Part shown: positions 14,831 through 23,793 of the stretch, piece by piece
Layout of the letters: each line of letters begins with the position of its first letter
How positions within the stretch are numbered: the first letter of the stretch is position 1
Assembly (NCBI RefSeq): GCF_019218635.1
Contig: NZ_JAHUZB010000003.1
Coordinates: forward strand, 483,729 to 507,728
Direction: 5' to 3'
Source: Enterococcus alishanensis
GTDB lineage: Bacteria > Bacillota > Bacilli > Lactobacillales > Enterococcaceae
Length of the DNA stretch: 24,000 nucleotides
Made by a program: the position numbers and the translations under genes
Notes under the pieces: generated by a model
Database searches by the model: none
Seen by the model: only the letters and a program-made list of their open reading frames with translations
What the model was told of the DNA's origin: nothing

Positions 14831-15859
14831 TTAGCTAAAACGGAAACTTTCACGTTCGATTAATTTTGAAGGAAAAGTTAGTACAACATTTTCGCTTCTT
14901 TCTTGATTAATTTTTTCTTTGGCCAAACGAACGGCAGCTTTTCCGATTTCTCGACTATTAATATTGACGGTTGTCAGATTAGGTGTTAAATATTCAGCGA
15001 TTTCAATATTGTCAAAACTAACAATGACGATATCTTCACCGATTTTTTTCCCAGCTGACTGCAAGCTACGGTAGACACCCACTGATAGTGGATCACTTCC
15101 AACTAAAATTGCAGTCGGAAGATTCTCGCCATTTTCTGATAATAGCTCATCCATCATTCGTTTACCTTCCAAAGGTTCCCATAATCCTAATTTGTAATCA
15201 ATATTTTGCTTTAACCCTTGTTCGTACATAAACTGTTTATACACCCGTAATCTTTTTTCATTTTCGTTATATTCTTTTTCCCCAAATTCATTCATATCAA
15301 TATTGTAACCGCCGATATAAGCAATTTTTTTATGACCTGCGGCAATTAATAGTGATAAAATTTTTTGTGTCATTCGTTCAAAGTCAGCATAAACTAAATC
15401 CACATCGGCTTGAATGTCAGGATTATCCACCACGACAATATTTTTATTTTGTGACATTAACTTTTGAATTGATTTTTCTTGGACCGAACCAATAATAATA
15501 ATGCCACCTAAATGATCAAAGTCTTTCCATTCTTGCGGGTCGTCCTCAGCTAAATAATAAGTTCGATTCATACCTAAGTGTAGTCGACGCGCTTCTTCTT
15601 TGATTCCTGCCCGTAATTGACTGAAATAAGGGTCATCTAGTTCTTTTTTTCGATCAATAGTGGAAATTAAACCGAGAGATGGCAACTTTTTCTTTTCATA
15701 TTTACGTTTACTAATATCGTAATTTAAATCTTTCACTGCGGATAAAATCCGAGTCTTCGTCTCATCAGAAATTGATAATGTTTGATCTTGATTTAAAAAA
15801 CGAGATACTGTACCGGGACTAACATTTGCCTTTCGAGCAACATCACGGATACCAACCAT
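14831..15859 (-). CDS. LacI-family transcriptional regulator
   Basis: 'MVGIRDVARKANVSPGTVSRFLNQDQTLSISDETKTRILSAVKDLNY' is a LacI HTH, followed by a periplasmic-binding-protein-like sugar domain. Start moved to ATG 15859 (GAGGTGG 5 nt upstream). Confidence 0.9.
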   Translation of the reverse strand: MVGIRDVARKANVSPGTVSRFLNQDQTLSISDETKTRILSAVKDLNYDISKRKYEKKKLPSLGLISTIDRKKELDDPYFSQLRAGIKEEARRLHLGMNRTYYLAEDDPQEWKDFDHLGGIIIIGSVQEKSIQKLMSQNKNIVVVDNPDIQADVDLVYADFERMTQKILSLLIAAGHKKIAYIGGYNIDMNEFGEKEYNENEKRLRVYKQFMYEQGLKQNIDYKLGLWEPLEGKRMMDELLSENGENLPTAILVGSDPLSVGVYRSLQSAGKKIGEDIVIVSFDNIEIAEYLTPNLTTVNINSREIGKAAVRLAKEKINQERSENVVLTFPSKLIERESFRFS

Positions 15860-15912
15860 TTTTTCCACCTCACCTGTTTGATAACTAAATTTTACCACAG
15901 ATGATCGCAAAG

Positions 15913-17112
15913 TTATTTAGACTTCACGGTTTTAGTTAGTTGGTTTTTTTGAAAAAAACCCATATCTCTCACGATAAAAGCAATCAATATCCCAATAATA
16001 ATGACAAACAACGCGATAAATGGAGCAAAAATACTTTCTGATCCAGTAACCTTTTGTAAAATACTCAAACCAAATGGTGCTAAGAAATTTCCTAAGTTAC
16101 AACCGATTAAAATAATCGAAGTGGCAATATTCATTTTGCTAGCAGGAGCATAACTGTTTAATGAGTTATAAATAAATGGAAAAATCAAACTTCCAGGAAT
16201 CCCACTAATAAAGTACCCAACTAATAATAGAGCAAAATTACCATTGGATAAGCCAATTAATAAAGTCGCAATTGCTAATAAAATCAAGCCTAAATGCAGA
16301 CACTTTTCTCCTAAAATTTGATTGATGCGCCCGAAAAATGTACCGGTAACAATCCCAATAATCGGCATCACCGCTAAAAAGTTAGAGGCATTGTAGTCCT
16401 CTCCTCGCATCGAAGTCACCATTGCTGGAAAACGAACGCCAATTGCAATAAAGGTCATCACTAAAAATAAAGCAAACAGCGCTAATAAAAAGACTGGTAA
16501 TTGAATTTTTTCGTGAGATTGTCCTTGATCACTACTTTTTTCATGATCTTTTTCATCAATTTCTGGAACAAACATGGTGAATAAAATAAAGATTGGAAAA
16601 GCAATCGCATAAACACCGAAAGAAAATTTCCAACTGACACTTAGCAAAATACCTGCAGCAATCGTCATAACCGCACTCCCGATGTTTTCAGCTGCGCCTC
16701 TAAATCCTAGCAAAGTCGCCCGACGATTCACTTCATCTCGATACAACAAATTAATAATTGAAACCGCTAAAGAATTAAACAAACCAAATCCTGCACCTAA
16801 AATGAAGCGACTAACGATAATCATAGGGTAACTGGTTAGAAAAATTGGTGCAATCCCGCCGAATCCCACAAAAAGCAAACCAATTTGAACAGTCTTTTTA
16901 ATCCCGATTTTTTTAGCAATTAGATTAGAAAGGATTACAAAAATTACAACCGCCAAGGCTGGCACAGTTGCCACCAGCTCTCCTTGAGTAGTTGTCATAT
17001 TTAAACTATTGCGCATTTGTGGTAAAGCACCGTTAATGGCAGTTGCACTCGTCAATAAAATCGAAAGGGACAAAATCGCTGCTTGAGTAATAACCGAATT
17101 TCGTTTTTCCAT
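15913..17112 (-). CDS. MFS transporter (12 TM), presumed sugar or alpha-galactoside-related permease
   Basis: About 12 hydrophobic segments with a central hydrophilic loop ('DEKDHEKSSDQGQSHEK') and the MFS-type loop motif 'GFRGAAENIGS'. The ATG lies 2 nt after the GH36 stop, with AAGAGGAA upstream. Confidence 0.8.
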   Translation of the reverse strand: MEKRNSVITQAAILSLSILLTSATAINGALPQMRNSLNMTTTQGELVATVPALAVVIFVILSNLIAKKIGIKKTVQIGLLFVGFGGIAPIFLTSYPMIIVSRFILGAGFGLFNSLAVSIINLLYRDEVNRRATLLGFRGAAENIGSAVMTIAAGILLSVSWKFSFGVYAIAFPIFILFTMFVPEIDEKDHEKSSDQGQSHEKIQLPVFLLALFALFLVMTFIAIGVRFPAMVTSMRGEDYNASNFLAVMPIIGIVTGTFFGRINQILGEKCLHLGLILLAIATLLIGLSNGNFALLLVGYFISGIPGSLIFPFIYNSLNSYAPASKMNIATSIILIGCNLGNFLAPFGLSILQKVTGSESIFAPFIALFVIIIGILIAFIVRDMGFFQKNQLTKTVKSK

Positions 17113-17114
17113 TT

Positions 17115-19325
17115 TTAGTTTCCTCTTTTCTTAAAGTGAATCAGTTTCGTTTGGAAGTCGCCGTAAAAGTCAGGGAAATAGACACCAATCTGATTTAGCT
17201 CAGATCCAGAATAAATTTCTCCAGTCGCTTGGTCCTCGTATAGAAAGTCTTCTGCTAAACCTTTCAATCGTACCTCATTAAATACTGGCTGCGCGCTTGC
17301 TAAAGTACGAGCCATAAATAAAAGTGCTTCTGATTGATCTTCAGCCACAAATAACCAAGCTGTCGTATTGCCTTCAAAAGGACTAATCAAACGGATGAAG
17401 TTGCCGTATTGTACTAATGGACGTAAATCTTGATACACTTTAATTTGCTGCGTAATTTCATCTTTTTCTGCTTCACTTAACATCGTTAAATCTAATTCAT
17501 AGCCTAAAACGCCAGACATGGCTACATCCCCGCGGGTTTTCAAAGAGGTCACACGACCAGTTTGATGATTTGGTACAGCAGAAACATGGGCCGTAATCGC
17601 GGACGTTGGATAGGCAATACTTGTGCCATATTGAATTTTTAAGCGTTCAATCGCATCTGTGTTATCGCTAGCCCAAGATTGCGGCATATAATATAAGAAA
17701 CCGGCATCAAAACGTCCGCCACCACCAGAACAACCTTCCCACAAGATTTTAGGATATTTTTCCGTTAGGTTTTCCATCAACTCATAAACCCCTAAAATAT
17801 AACGGTGAGCTGTTTCACCCTGTTGGTGACTTTCTAAAGCGACCGAATAAGTATCAGACATACTTCGATTCATATCCCATTTAATATAATCAATTTCAAT
17901 CGTATTTAGGATCGCTTCCATTTGTTTTTGAATATTTTCACGCACTTCTTTGCGCCCCATATCCAACAAATGCTGATCCCGCGAACCAGATGGTGTCCGT
18001 CCAGGTACTTGCATCAAATAATCAGGATGTTCCTCATATAATTTAGAATCAATCGAGATCATTTCTGGCTCAAACCATAAACCGAATTTCAACTTTTTAG
18101 CATGAACATAATCAGCTACTGCTTTCAATCCTTTAGCCAATTTCCCTTCAAATTCAAACCAATCTCCTAAAGAAGAATCGTCGTTGTTTCGATGCCCAAA
18201 CCAGCCATCATCTAATACAAACATTTCTATTCCTAAATCAGCTGCCTCATCTACAATTGCTTCAATTTTTTCATTAGTAAAATCAAAATAAGTTGCTTCC
18301 CAGTTATTCACTAAAATTGGCCGTTCCGCATATTGATGCGCTCCTCGAGCTACTCTTTCTCTTAACAAATGATGGAAAGTATCACTCATTTTATTTAAAC
18401 CGCTATCAGAATAGGCTAATAATACTTCAGGTGTTTGAAACTCCTGTTGTGTTTTCAATTCCCAAGAAAAATTATACTCATTTATACCAACAACTAAGCG
18501 TAATTGGTTAATCTGATCGACTTCTAATTCAAATGAATGATTACCTGAATAAACTAAGTGAACACCAATTACTTCACCATTAAATTCATTAGCATCTTCC
18601 TCCATTAAAGCGATAAAACTATTCATATGATGACTTGTTGCGCCTCGCCGACTTTCAAATCTTTTAATGCCAGCAGATAATTTCTCGCGATTAACTTGAC
18701 GTTCTTGCACATGGGCTCCTGGTAAAGATAAAACATCTTGATATTTCCCTGAATTGGTTAAATCCAATTGCATAGATGCGATTTTTTCAATCGAAAGTGT
18801 TTGGTTCGTCAAGTTACGAACTTTTACTGAACGGGCAATAACATTACGTTCGTTATATATGGTGTAAAACAAATCCAGATAAATTTCTTCAAAGCGATCC
18901 TTTAAGGTAATAGTTAAAGTACTCGCTTCATTTTCTTCGACGACATACGCTGAAGGTAGTCCCGCTAATACTGGTTTTCCAGCGGAAATATCATACGAAT
19001 GGTAGCGTAAATCAGTTAAGTTTGCACCATTTTGTCGCTGAATAATACTTGCTGGGATGCGATAATCCATCGAACCATGACTAGAAAATTCTTGCGGTAA
19101 AGTATCTTTTGAGTAAGCCCTTTCTTCTTGTCCCGGTACATTACCAGAAAAACCCCGATCTCTTCTAGGATAATTTTTATGGTCATGGTATTGATTGACT
19201 TTTTTTCCAAAATAAATATGTGCCAACACACCTTCATCTTCAAGCTTCATAATGTAAGAGATTTCATTGTTCTTTAAATGGAAAATACCCTGTTCTTGGT
19301 CAAAAGTAATTAAATTGTGATTCAT
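17115..19325 (-). CDS. Alpha-galactosidase, glycoside hydrolase family 36
   Basis: 'IDYIKWDMNR' (nucleophile Asp context), 'WEGCSGGGGRFDAG' and 'MPQSWASDNTDAIERLKIQYGTS' (acid/base Asp context) are GH36 signatures. Start moved to ATG 19325 (AGGAGGA upstream). Confidence 0.93.
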   Translation of the reverse strand: MNHNLITFDQEQGIFHLKNNEISYIMKLEDEGVLAHIYFGKKVNQYHDHKNYPRRDRGFSGNVPGQEERAYSKDTLPQEFSSHGSMDYRIPASIIQRQNGANLTDLRYHSYDISAGKPVLAGLPSAYVVEENEASTLTITLKDRFEEIYLDLFYTIYNERNVIARSVKVRNLTNQTLSIEKIASMQLDLTNSGKYQDVLSLPGAHVQERQVNREKLSAGIKRFESRRGATSHHMNSFIALMEEDANEFNGEVIGVHLVYSGNHSFELEVDQINQLRLVVGINEYNFSWELKTQQEFQTPEVLLAYSDSGLNKMSDTFHHLLRERVARGAHQYAERPILVNNWEATYFDFTNEKIEAIVDEAADLGIEMFVLDDGWFGHRNNDDSSLGDWFEFEGKLAKGLKAVADYVHAKKLKFGLWFEPEMISIDSKLYEEHPDYLMQVPGRTPSGSRDQHLLDMGRKEVRENIQKQMEAILNTIEIDYIKWDMNRSMSDTYSVALESHQQGETAHRYILGVYELMENLTEKYPKILWEGCSGGGGRFDAGFLYYMPQSWASDNTDAIERLKIQYGTSIAYPTSAITAHVSAVPNHQTGRVTSLKTRGDVAMSGVLGYELDLTMLSEAEKDEITQQIKVYQDLRPLVQYGNFIRLISPFEGNTTAWLFVAEDQSEALLFMARTLASAQPVFNEVRLKGLAEDFLYEDQATGEIYSGSELNQIGVYFPDFYGDFQTKLIHFKKRGN

Positions 19326-19338
19326 TGTCTTCCTCCTA

Positions 19339-19399
19339 GTAAACATTTTTTATTTTAGTAATTGTTTACCTTATAATGTTTACTAAACACTTTTGTCAA
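19339..19399 (-). promoter_or_regulatory. Promoter of the alpha-galactoside operon (TTGACA - 18 nt - TATAAG) with four copies of a GTAAACA/TGTTTAC heptamer
   Basis: The minus strand reads TTGACAaaagTGTTTAGTAAACAtTATAAGGTAAACAattactaaaataaaaaaTGTTTACtAGGAGGaagacaATG. The near-palindrome at 19377-19389 sits in the spacer, one heptamer abuts the -10, and one abuts the SD. Confidence 0.6.
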
Positions 19400-19409
19400 G
19401 AGAAAAATC

Positions 19410-19438
19410 AAAAAAACTGCTAAATAATTTTAGCAGTT
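19410..19438 (-). terminator. Rho-independent terminator of the DeoR-family gene
   Basis: Stem aactgctaaa (19415-19424) / tttagcagtt (19429-19438) with loop taat. An A7 run at 19410-19416 gives a T run on the minus strand. Confidence 0.85.
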
Positions 19439-19444
19439 GAAGAA

Positions 19445-20200
19445 TTAATAGATGGTTTCTATCTTTTTAGGGTGTAAATCAGGAATTTCTTTATCACTAA
19501 TCAAATAATCAATCTCACTTAAATCCATTGATTGATACATGTACTTACTATCAAATTTATCGTGAGTAACTAGAACTGCAACTTTTTGTGCTTGCTTTCG
19601 AAAGGCTTTTTTAATCAAGGCCTCGCCTTCACTAGTTTCCGTCGCACCATAATCTAGCGAAAAACCACGACAACTAACAAAAGCAATGTCGACATTATAA
19701 TTTAAAACATCAGCAAACGCCTTGGAGCCATTAATCGTTGCTCTTTTAGGGACAATTGAACCACCTAAAACAGAAATTTGCGCATTGGTAAATTCACTGA
19801 GCATCACCGCTGTTAATAAACCATTGGTAATAATACGTAATCCATCAAATTTAGCCAATAAATTGACAAGATGGAGACAAGTTGTTGAAGAATCAATAAA
19901 CAAAATCATATCATCTTTTATTAAACCTTCCGCCAATTCTGCTACATACTTTTTATTTTTATCTTCATCTAGTTGGGCGATTTTCATCAAATAAGGCACA
20001 TCGATCTTTTCATTATCAATAATCATTGCGCCGCCACGGGTTCGTCGGATTAAGCCATCATTTTCTAAATCAACTAAATCACGTTTAATCGTCGCTTCAC
20101 TGTAATTCACCAACTCTTTTAGTTCATGGATGCTGGCAAATTGATTGATTTTCAAAAAATTTATAATCTCATTTTGCCGCGACTCCAGTGGATTCATCAT
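19445..20200 (-). CDS. DeoR-family transcriptional regulator
   Basis: The HTH 'RQNEIINFLKINQFASIHELKELVNYSEATIKRDLVDLENDGLIRRTRGGA' is followed by a DeoR C-terminal sensor domain. The track TTG (20209) directly abuts AGGGAG, so ATG 20200 (9-nt spacing) is preferred. The start lies inside the 3' end of the upstream gene. Confidence 0.88.
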   Translation of the reverse strand: MMNPLESRQNEIINFLKINQFASIHELKELVNYSEATIKRDLVDLENDGLIRRTRGGAMIIDNEKIDVPYLMKIAQLDEDKNKKYVAELAEGLIKDDMILFIDSSTTCLHLVNLLAKFDGLRIITNGLLTAVMLSEFTNAQISVLGGSIVPKRATINGSKAFADVLNYNVDIAFVSCRGFSLDYGATETSEGEALIKKAFRKQAQKVAVLVTHDKFDSKYMYQSMDLSEIDYLISDKEIPDLHPKKIETIY

Positions 20201-21383
20201 TTGTTCCAACTCCCTTTGTTAATATAAAATAACCAAGCATTGACGTAGTTAGCCATAAACATGGAACTAGTTCAAATTTAAGCAAAACCTCAACTGGCTT
20301 GAATTGATAAATCGTTCCAGCTAAAGCTAAAGTAGCTAACATCCCAAAAAACATTGCCCCACCAATGTATTTTTTTCGTAAGTTTTGTTGCTTAATATAG
20401 ATAACCATTAAACAAATCAAATGAGTGAATAGAAAAATCAAGCAAAAACTGATTATTCCTTGATTCAACCAGCTCATTTGAAATGCTTTTGCAGCTTCCT
20501 CAACTATTACAATACATATAGGATGAACAAAATAATAGTATTTAGATAATAGCCGAATTTTCCCCGTGTCAAATGATAGCTGCTTTGGAAAAAACAATAA
20601 ACTGATAAACAGACAAAAACTGAAAGGAATTAGCATGAATAAAAAGTTCATATCTAATTTATCAACAGAATATAAGAGAATTCCTTCTAATACCATCATA
20701 GCAAAAAATAAGCCTGTCAAAAAAAATATTTGTCGATATCTTAAAAGTAATTTTTCCTGGTAGTCATAAATAAAAAATCCGATACCTACAAAGATCAACC
20801 CAAACAATAAACCACTTCTGGTGGTAAAAAATATTTGGATAACAACGTCAAATAGTTCTTTTAACCAACCATTTGGTATCAGACCGTAGTATGTTTCGAT
20901 ACTACCAAAACTATATAAAAATGTGGCTATAATCAACAGTAATTTATACGAGAAGTGTTTTAAAAATTTAGTAGCGATAAATAAAGATAAGATTAAGGCC
21001 GGAATATACCATAAATGATAATAAGTTCCAACATGAATCAAGCCAAAAATCAAAGCCAATGGTAACAACTCTTTTGACAAGGTCAGATTTTGATGAAGCC
21101 AATCCAAGCCAATCGGAATAAAGATCACACTCCACCAAAGATAAGATTGAGTTAATCGTTTTAAATAAACTGGTAAATAGTTCCCATTGTTGTCCATTCC
21201 TCGTCTGACAAAATAAGCACTACTGATGAAAAAAAACGGTACCGCCCAGCGACACAGAATATTTTTGACAAAATAATTGACTTCTGGCAAGCCACTGATT
21301 GGTTGACAATGCACACAAATCACTAAAATTGCCGCTATGTATTTTACTGAATCTAGCATTTTTCCGTTTATTTTATTCCCCAA
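20169..21383 (-). CDS. Integral-membrane acyltransferase, acyltransferase-3 (OatA/WecH-like) family
   Basis: N-terminal 'DSVKYIAAILVICVHC' and about 10-11 TM segments are typical of the acyltransferase-3 family. The start is uncertain: TTG 21383 or ATG 21359, both with weak SDs. The 3' end overlaps the DeoR gene by 32 nt. Confidence 0.75.
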   Translation of the reverse strand: MGNKINGKMLDSVKYIAAILVICVHCQPISGLPEVNYFVKNILCRWAVPFFFISSAYFVRRGMDNNGNYLPVYLKRLTQSYLWWSVIFIPIGLDWLHQNLTLSKELLPLALIFGLIHVGTYYHLWYIPALILSLFIATKFLKHFSYKLLLIIATFLYSFGSIETYYGLIPNGWLKELFDVVIQIFFTTRSGLLFGLIFVGIGFFIYDYQEKLLLRYRQIFFLTGLFFAMMVLEGILLYSVDKLDMNFLFMLIPFSFCLFISLLFFPKQLSFDTGKIRLLSKYYYFVHPICIVIVEEAAKAFQMSWLNQGIISFCLIFLFTHLICLMVIYIKQQNLRKKYIGGAMFFGMLATLALAGTIYQFKPVEVLLKFELVPCLWLTTSMLGYFILTKGVGTNDESTGVAAK

Positions 21384-21430
21384 TTAAATCACTCTTTCCA
21401 GCTCATCTTCCTTCAATTTTAGCATTAAAT

Positions 21431-21460
21431 TTTATAATTAAATATCATACTTAAGTCTAA
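21431..21460 (-). promoter_or_regulatory. Candidate promoter for the acyltransferase/DeoR pair (TTAGAC - 18 nt - TATAAA)
   Basis: Read on the minus strand immediately after the aldolase terminator. The hexamers are only moderate matches. Confidence 0.3.
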
Positions 21461-21490
21461 AAAGCGCTGAAATTTTTAGATTTCAGCGCT
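21459..21490 (-). terminator. Rho-independent terminator of the PTS-aldolase operon
   Basis: Perfect 11-bp stem agcgctgaaat (21463-21473) / atttcagcgct (21480-21490) with a 6-nt loop. A5 on the plus strand gives T5 on the minus strand. Confidence 0.85.
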
Positions 21491-21496
21491 CATGCT

Positions 21497-22360
21497 TTAT
21501 TTATACAACTCTGCTTTGCCTAAAGTGTTTAGAACACCTAGCTTGTGGCGTACCACTTCTTTAACTTTTTCATTTGGCGAAATGTAAACTTGATTTGGTT
21601 CGAACATACCAGGATTTTCATTCAACACTTTATGGATTTCTGCAAAGAAAACACTTTTTAAATCAGAACTCAAATTAACTTTTGCAACTCCATATTTGAC
21701 GGCTTCACTGACTTCGTTGTCTGGATTCCCTGAGCCACCATGTAAAACAAATGGAATATCAATTTTTTGATTTAATTCTTTTAACAACTCGATGTTTAGT
21801 TCAGGTTTTTTATCTTTTGGATATAAGCCATGAGCTGTTCCAATCGCGACAGCTAAAGTATCAATACCCGTTTCTTCAACAAAATCTACCGCTTGAGCTG
21901 GATCGGTAAAGATAATATTCGCTGATCCACCTTCTGCGGAACCATTGTCACCAATTGTTCCCAATTCTGCTTCTACTGAAACATTTACTTTATGAGCTAA
22001 TTCAACGACTTGTTTTGTTAAAACTTTATTGTCTTCATAAGACGCTGTTGACGCATCGATCATGACTGAAGTATAGCCGTTGCGGATGGCACGCATCACA
22101 TCATAGATTGAACCGCCATGATCCATATGAATAACCACAGGTACTTTACTATTATGAGCATAAGCTCTAACAGACGCGACAAATTCATCATTTAAATAAG
22201 CAATTTCATCGGGATGAATTTCAATAATAACTGGAGAATTTTGAGCTTCCACTTCCTCCATAATAGCTTTTAACATGTCGTAACTACAAATATTAAAAGC
22301 TGGTACCGCAAATTTGTTTTCCTTAGCAACTTTCAATAAATCTTTCATTGTGTATAACAT
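21497..22360 (-). CDS. Class II ketose-bisphosphate aldolase (fructose/tagatose-1,6-bisphosphate aldolase family)
   Basis: 'FAVPAFNI', 'VVIHMDHGGS', 'SVMIDAS', 'VEAELGTIG', 'LAVAIGTAHGLY' and 'FVLHGGSG' are class II FBA/GatY-KbaY signatures that include the metal-binding His residues. The ATG overlaps the PTS EIIBC stop by 1 nt (TAATG). Confidence 0.9.
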   Translation of the reverse strand: MLYTMKDLLKVAKENKFAVPAFNICSYDMLKAIMEEVEAQNSPVIIEIHPDEIAYLNDEFVASVRAYAHNSKVPVVIHMDHGGSIYDVMRAIRNGYTSVMIDASTASYEDNKVLTKQVVELAHKVNVSVEAELGTIGDNGSAEGGSANIIFTDPAQAVDFVEETGIDTLAVAIGTAHGLYPKDKKPELNIELLKELNQKIDIPFVLHGGSGNPDNEVSEAVKYGVAKVNLSSDLKSVFFAEIHKVLNENPGMFEPNQVYISPNEKVKEVVRHKLGVLNTLGKAELYK

Positions 22361-23778
22361 TATACTTCCACCTCTTCATTTAATTGGTTTACTACAATTT
22401 CAGTTGGTTCTTCTTCAACTACCGGTTTCTTTAAAAATCCAATAGCTAGTGCAGTTACTACTGTCCCCGCTACTAAAGCTAAAGCATACATTGGTAAACT
22501 ACTAATAACATTTGGAATCAACATTACCCAAATTCCGCCATGTGGCGCCATTGAAGTCACACCAGCAGCCATTGAAATGCCAGCAGCCGTTGCTGAACCC
22601 AACATCAAACTCGGAATGATTCTGATTGGATCAGACACTGCGAAAGGAATTGCACCTTCCGTAATATAAGAGGCCCCTAAAATCCAGCAAGATTGACCAG
22701 AAGTTCGCTCTTCTTTGGTAAATTTCTTTTTGAACAAGACAGTTGCTAACGCAATTCCTAAAGGAGGTGTCATCCCAGCAGCCATACAAGCAGCAATTGG
22801 AGCATTCACTCCTGCAGACATTAATCCGATACTAAATGTAGAAATTGATTTATTAATAGGTCCACCCATATCGGCTGCCATCATAACACCGATTAATAGA
22901 CCGAAGACTAATCCTGATGTATTCCCTAATCCATTTAACCAACCCGTTAAAGCATCTAATACCCAAGCAATTGGTTTGTCGATACAAAAAACCATCAATA
23001 AACCAATGATTAGAATAGAAATCAATGGCACTACAATCAATTGATACATCGCAGCAAAAGTTTTGTTGACATTAATTTTATTAGCAAAAATATTCGTCAC
23101 ATAACCTGCTAATAAACCGCCAACCATGCCACCTAAGAAACCAGAGCCACCAGTTGAAGCGATTAATCCAGCAACTAAACCAGGAGCAAATCCAGCTTTA
23201 CCAGCCATTGACATGGCAATCCCCGCACCTAAAGCAGGCACCATCATTGCAAAGGCAACATCACCACCAATTTGACTCAAGGCAGCAGCTAAAACATTGT
23301 AATCAGCACTTTCTGGATTTGAAGCGTTTATACCAAAAGCAAAACTCATGGCAATAATAATCCCGCCGGCAATTACAAACGGTAGCATCATATTGACACC
23401 ATTCATGAAGTGATTATAAATTCCAGCTTTTTTCCCGCCATCACCTTGTGTTTCTCTGTTAGCAGAAACAGTTGTTAGGCCGACACCATTTTTTGCTTCA
23501 TCAATAATTTTTTCTGCATCTTTAATTGCTGCAGCGGTGGATACTCGCTTAATTTTTCTTCCAGCAAAACGTCCCATATCAATATCTTTATCAATCGCTA
23601 AAATAATTACATCCGCTTCATCTACTTCTTTTTGCGATAAGATATTTTCAACTTTGGCACCTTGTGTTTCAAATTTCGCTTGGTCGCCTTGCGCTTGAGC
23701 GGTTTTCTCAAGTTTTTCAGCCGACATGTAAGTATGTGCAATCCCCGTTGGACAAGCTGTTACACCGACAATTTTCAT
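22360..23778 (-). CDS. PTS fructose-family EIIBC component
   Basis: The N-terminal EIIB(Fru) domain has the phospho-Cys motif 'KIVGVTACPTGIAHTYM', followed by a polytopic EIIC domain. GGAGG lies 7 nt upstream. Confidence 0.9.
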   Translation of the reverse strand: MKIVGVTACPTGIAHTYMSAEKLEKTAQAQGDQAKFETQGAKVENILSQKEVDEADVIILAIDKDIDMGRFAGRKIKRVSTAAAIKDAEKIIDEAKNGVGLTTVSANRETQGDGGKKAGIYNHFMNGVNMMLPFVIAGGIIIAMSFAFGINASNPESADYNVLAAALSQIGGDVAFAMMVPALGAGIAMSMAGKAGFAPGLVAGLIASTGGSGFLGGMVGGLLAGYVTNIFANKINVNKTFAAMYQLIVVPLISILIIGLLMVFCIDKPIAWVLDALTGWLNGLGNTSGLVFGLLIGVMMAADMGGPINKSISTFSIGLMSAGVNAPIAACMAAGMTPPLGIALATVLFKKKFTKEERTSGQSCWILGASYITEGAIPFAVSDPIRIIPSLMLGSATAAGISMAAGVTSMAPHGGIWVMLIPNVISSLPMYALALVAGTVVTALAIGFLKKPVVEEEPTEIVVNQLNEEVEV

Positions 23779-23793
23779 AATAGTTCCTCCTTA

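Noticed and set aside
19326-19444. Catabolite-responsive element (cre) at the alpha-galactosidase promoter
   Set aside because: I searched by eye for TGWAANCGNTNWCA-like sequences on both strands and found none. The GTAAACA/TGTTTAC repeats lack the central CG.
22715-23044. 109-aa plus-strand ORF antisense to the PTS EIIC domain; similar antisense ORFs lie at 23154-23357, 19722-19994, 18293-18511 and 20566-20763
   Set aside because: None has a Shine-Dalgarno site. All are fully embedded opposite well-supported genes. Their translations are low-complexity or hydrophobic mirror images typical of the complementary frame of a coding strand.
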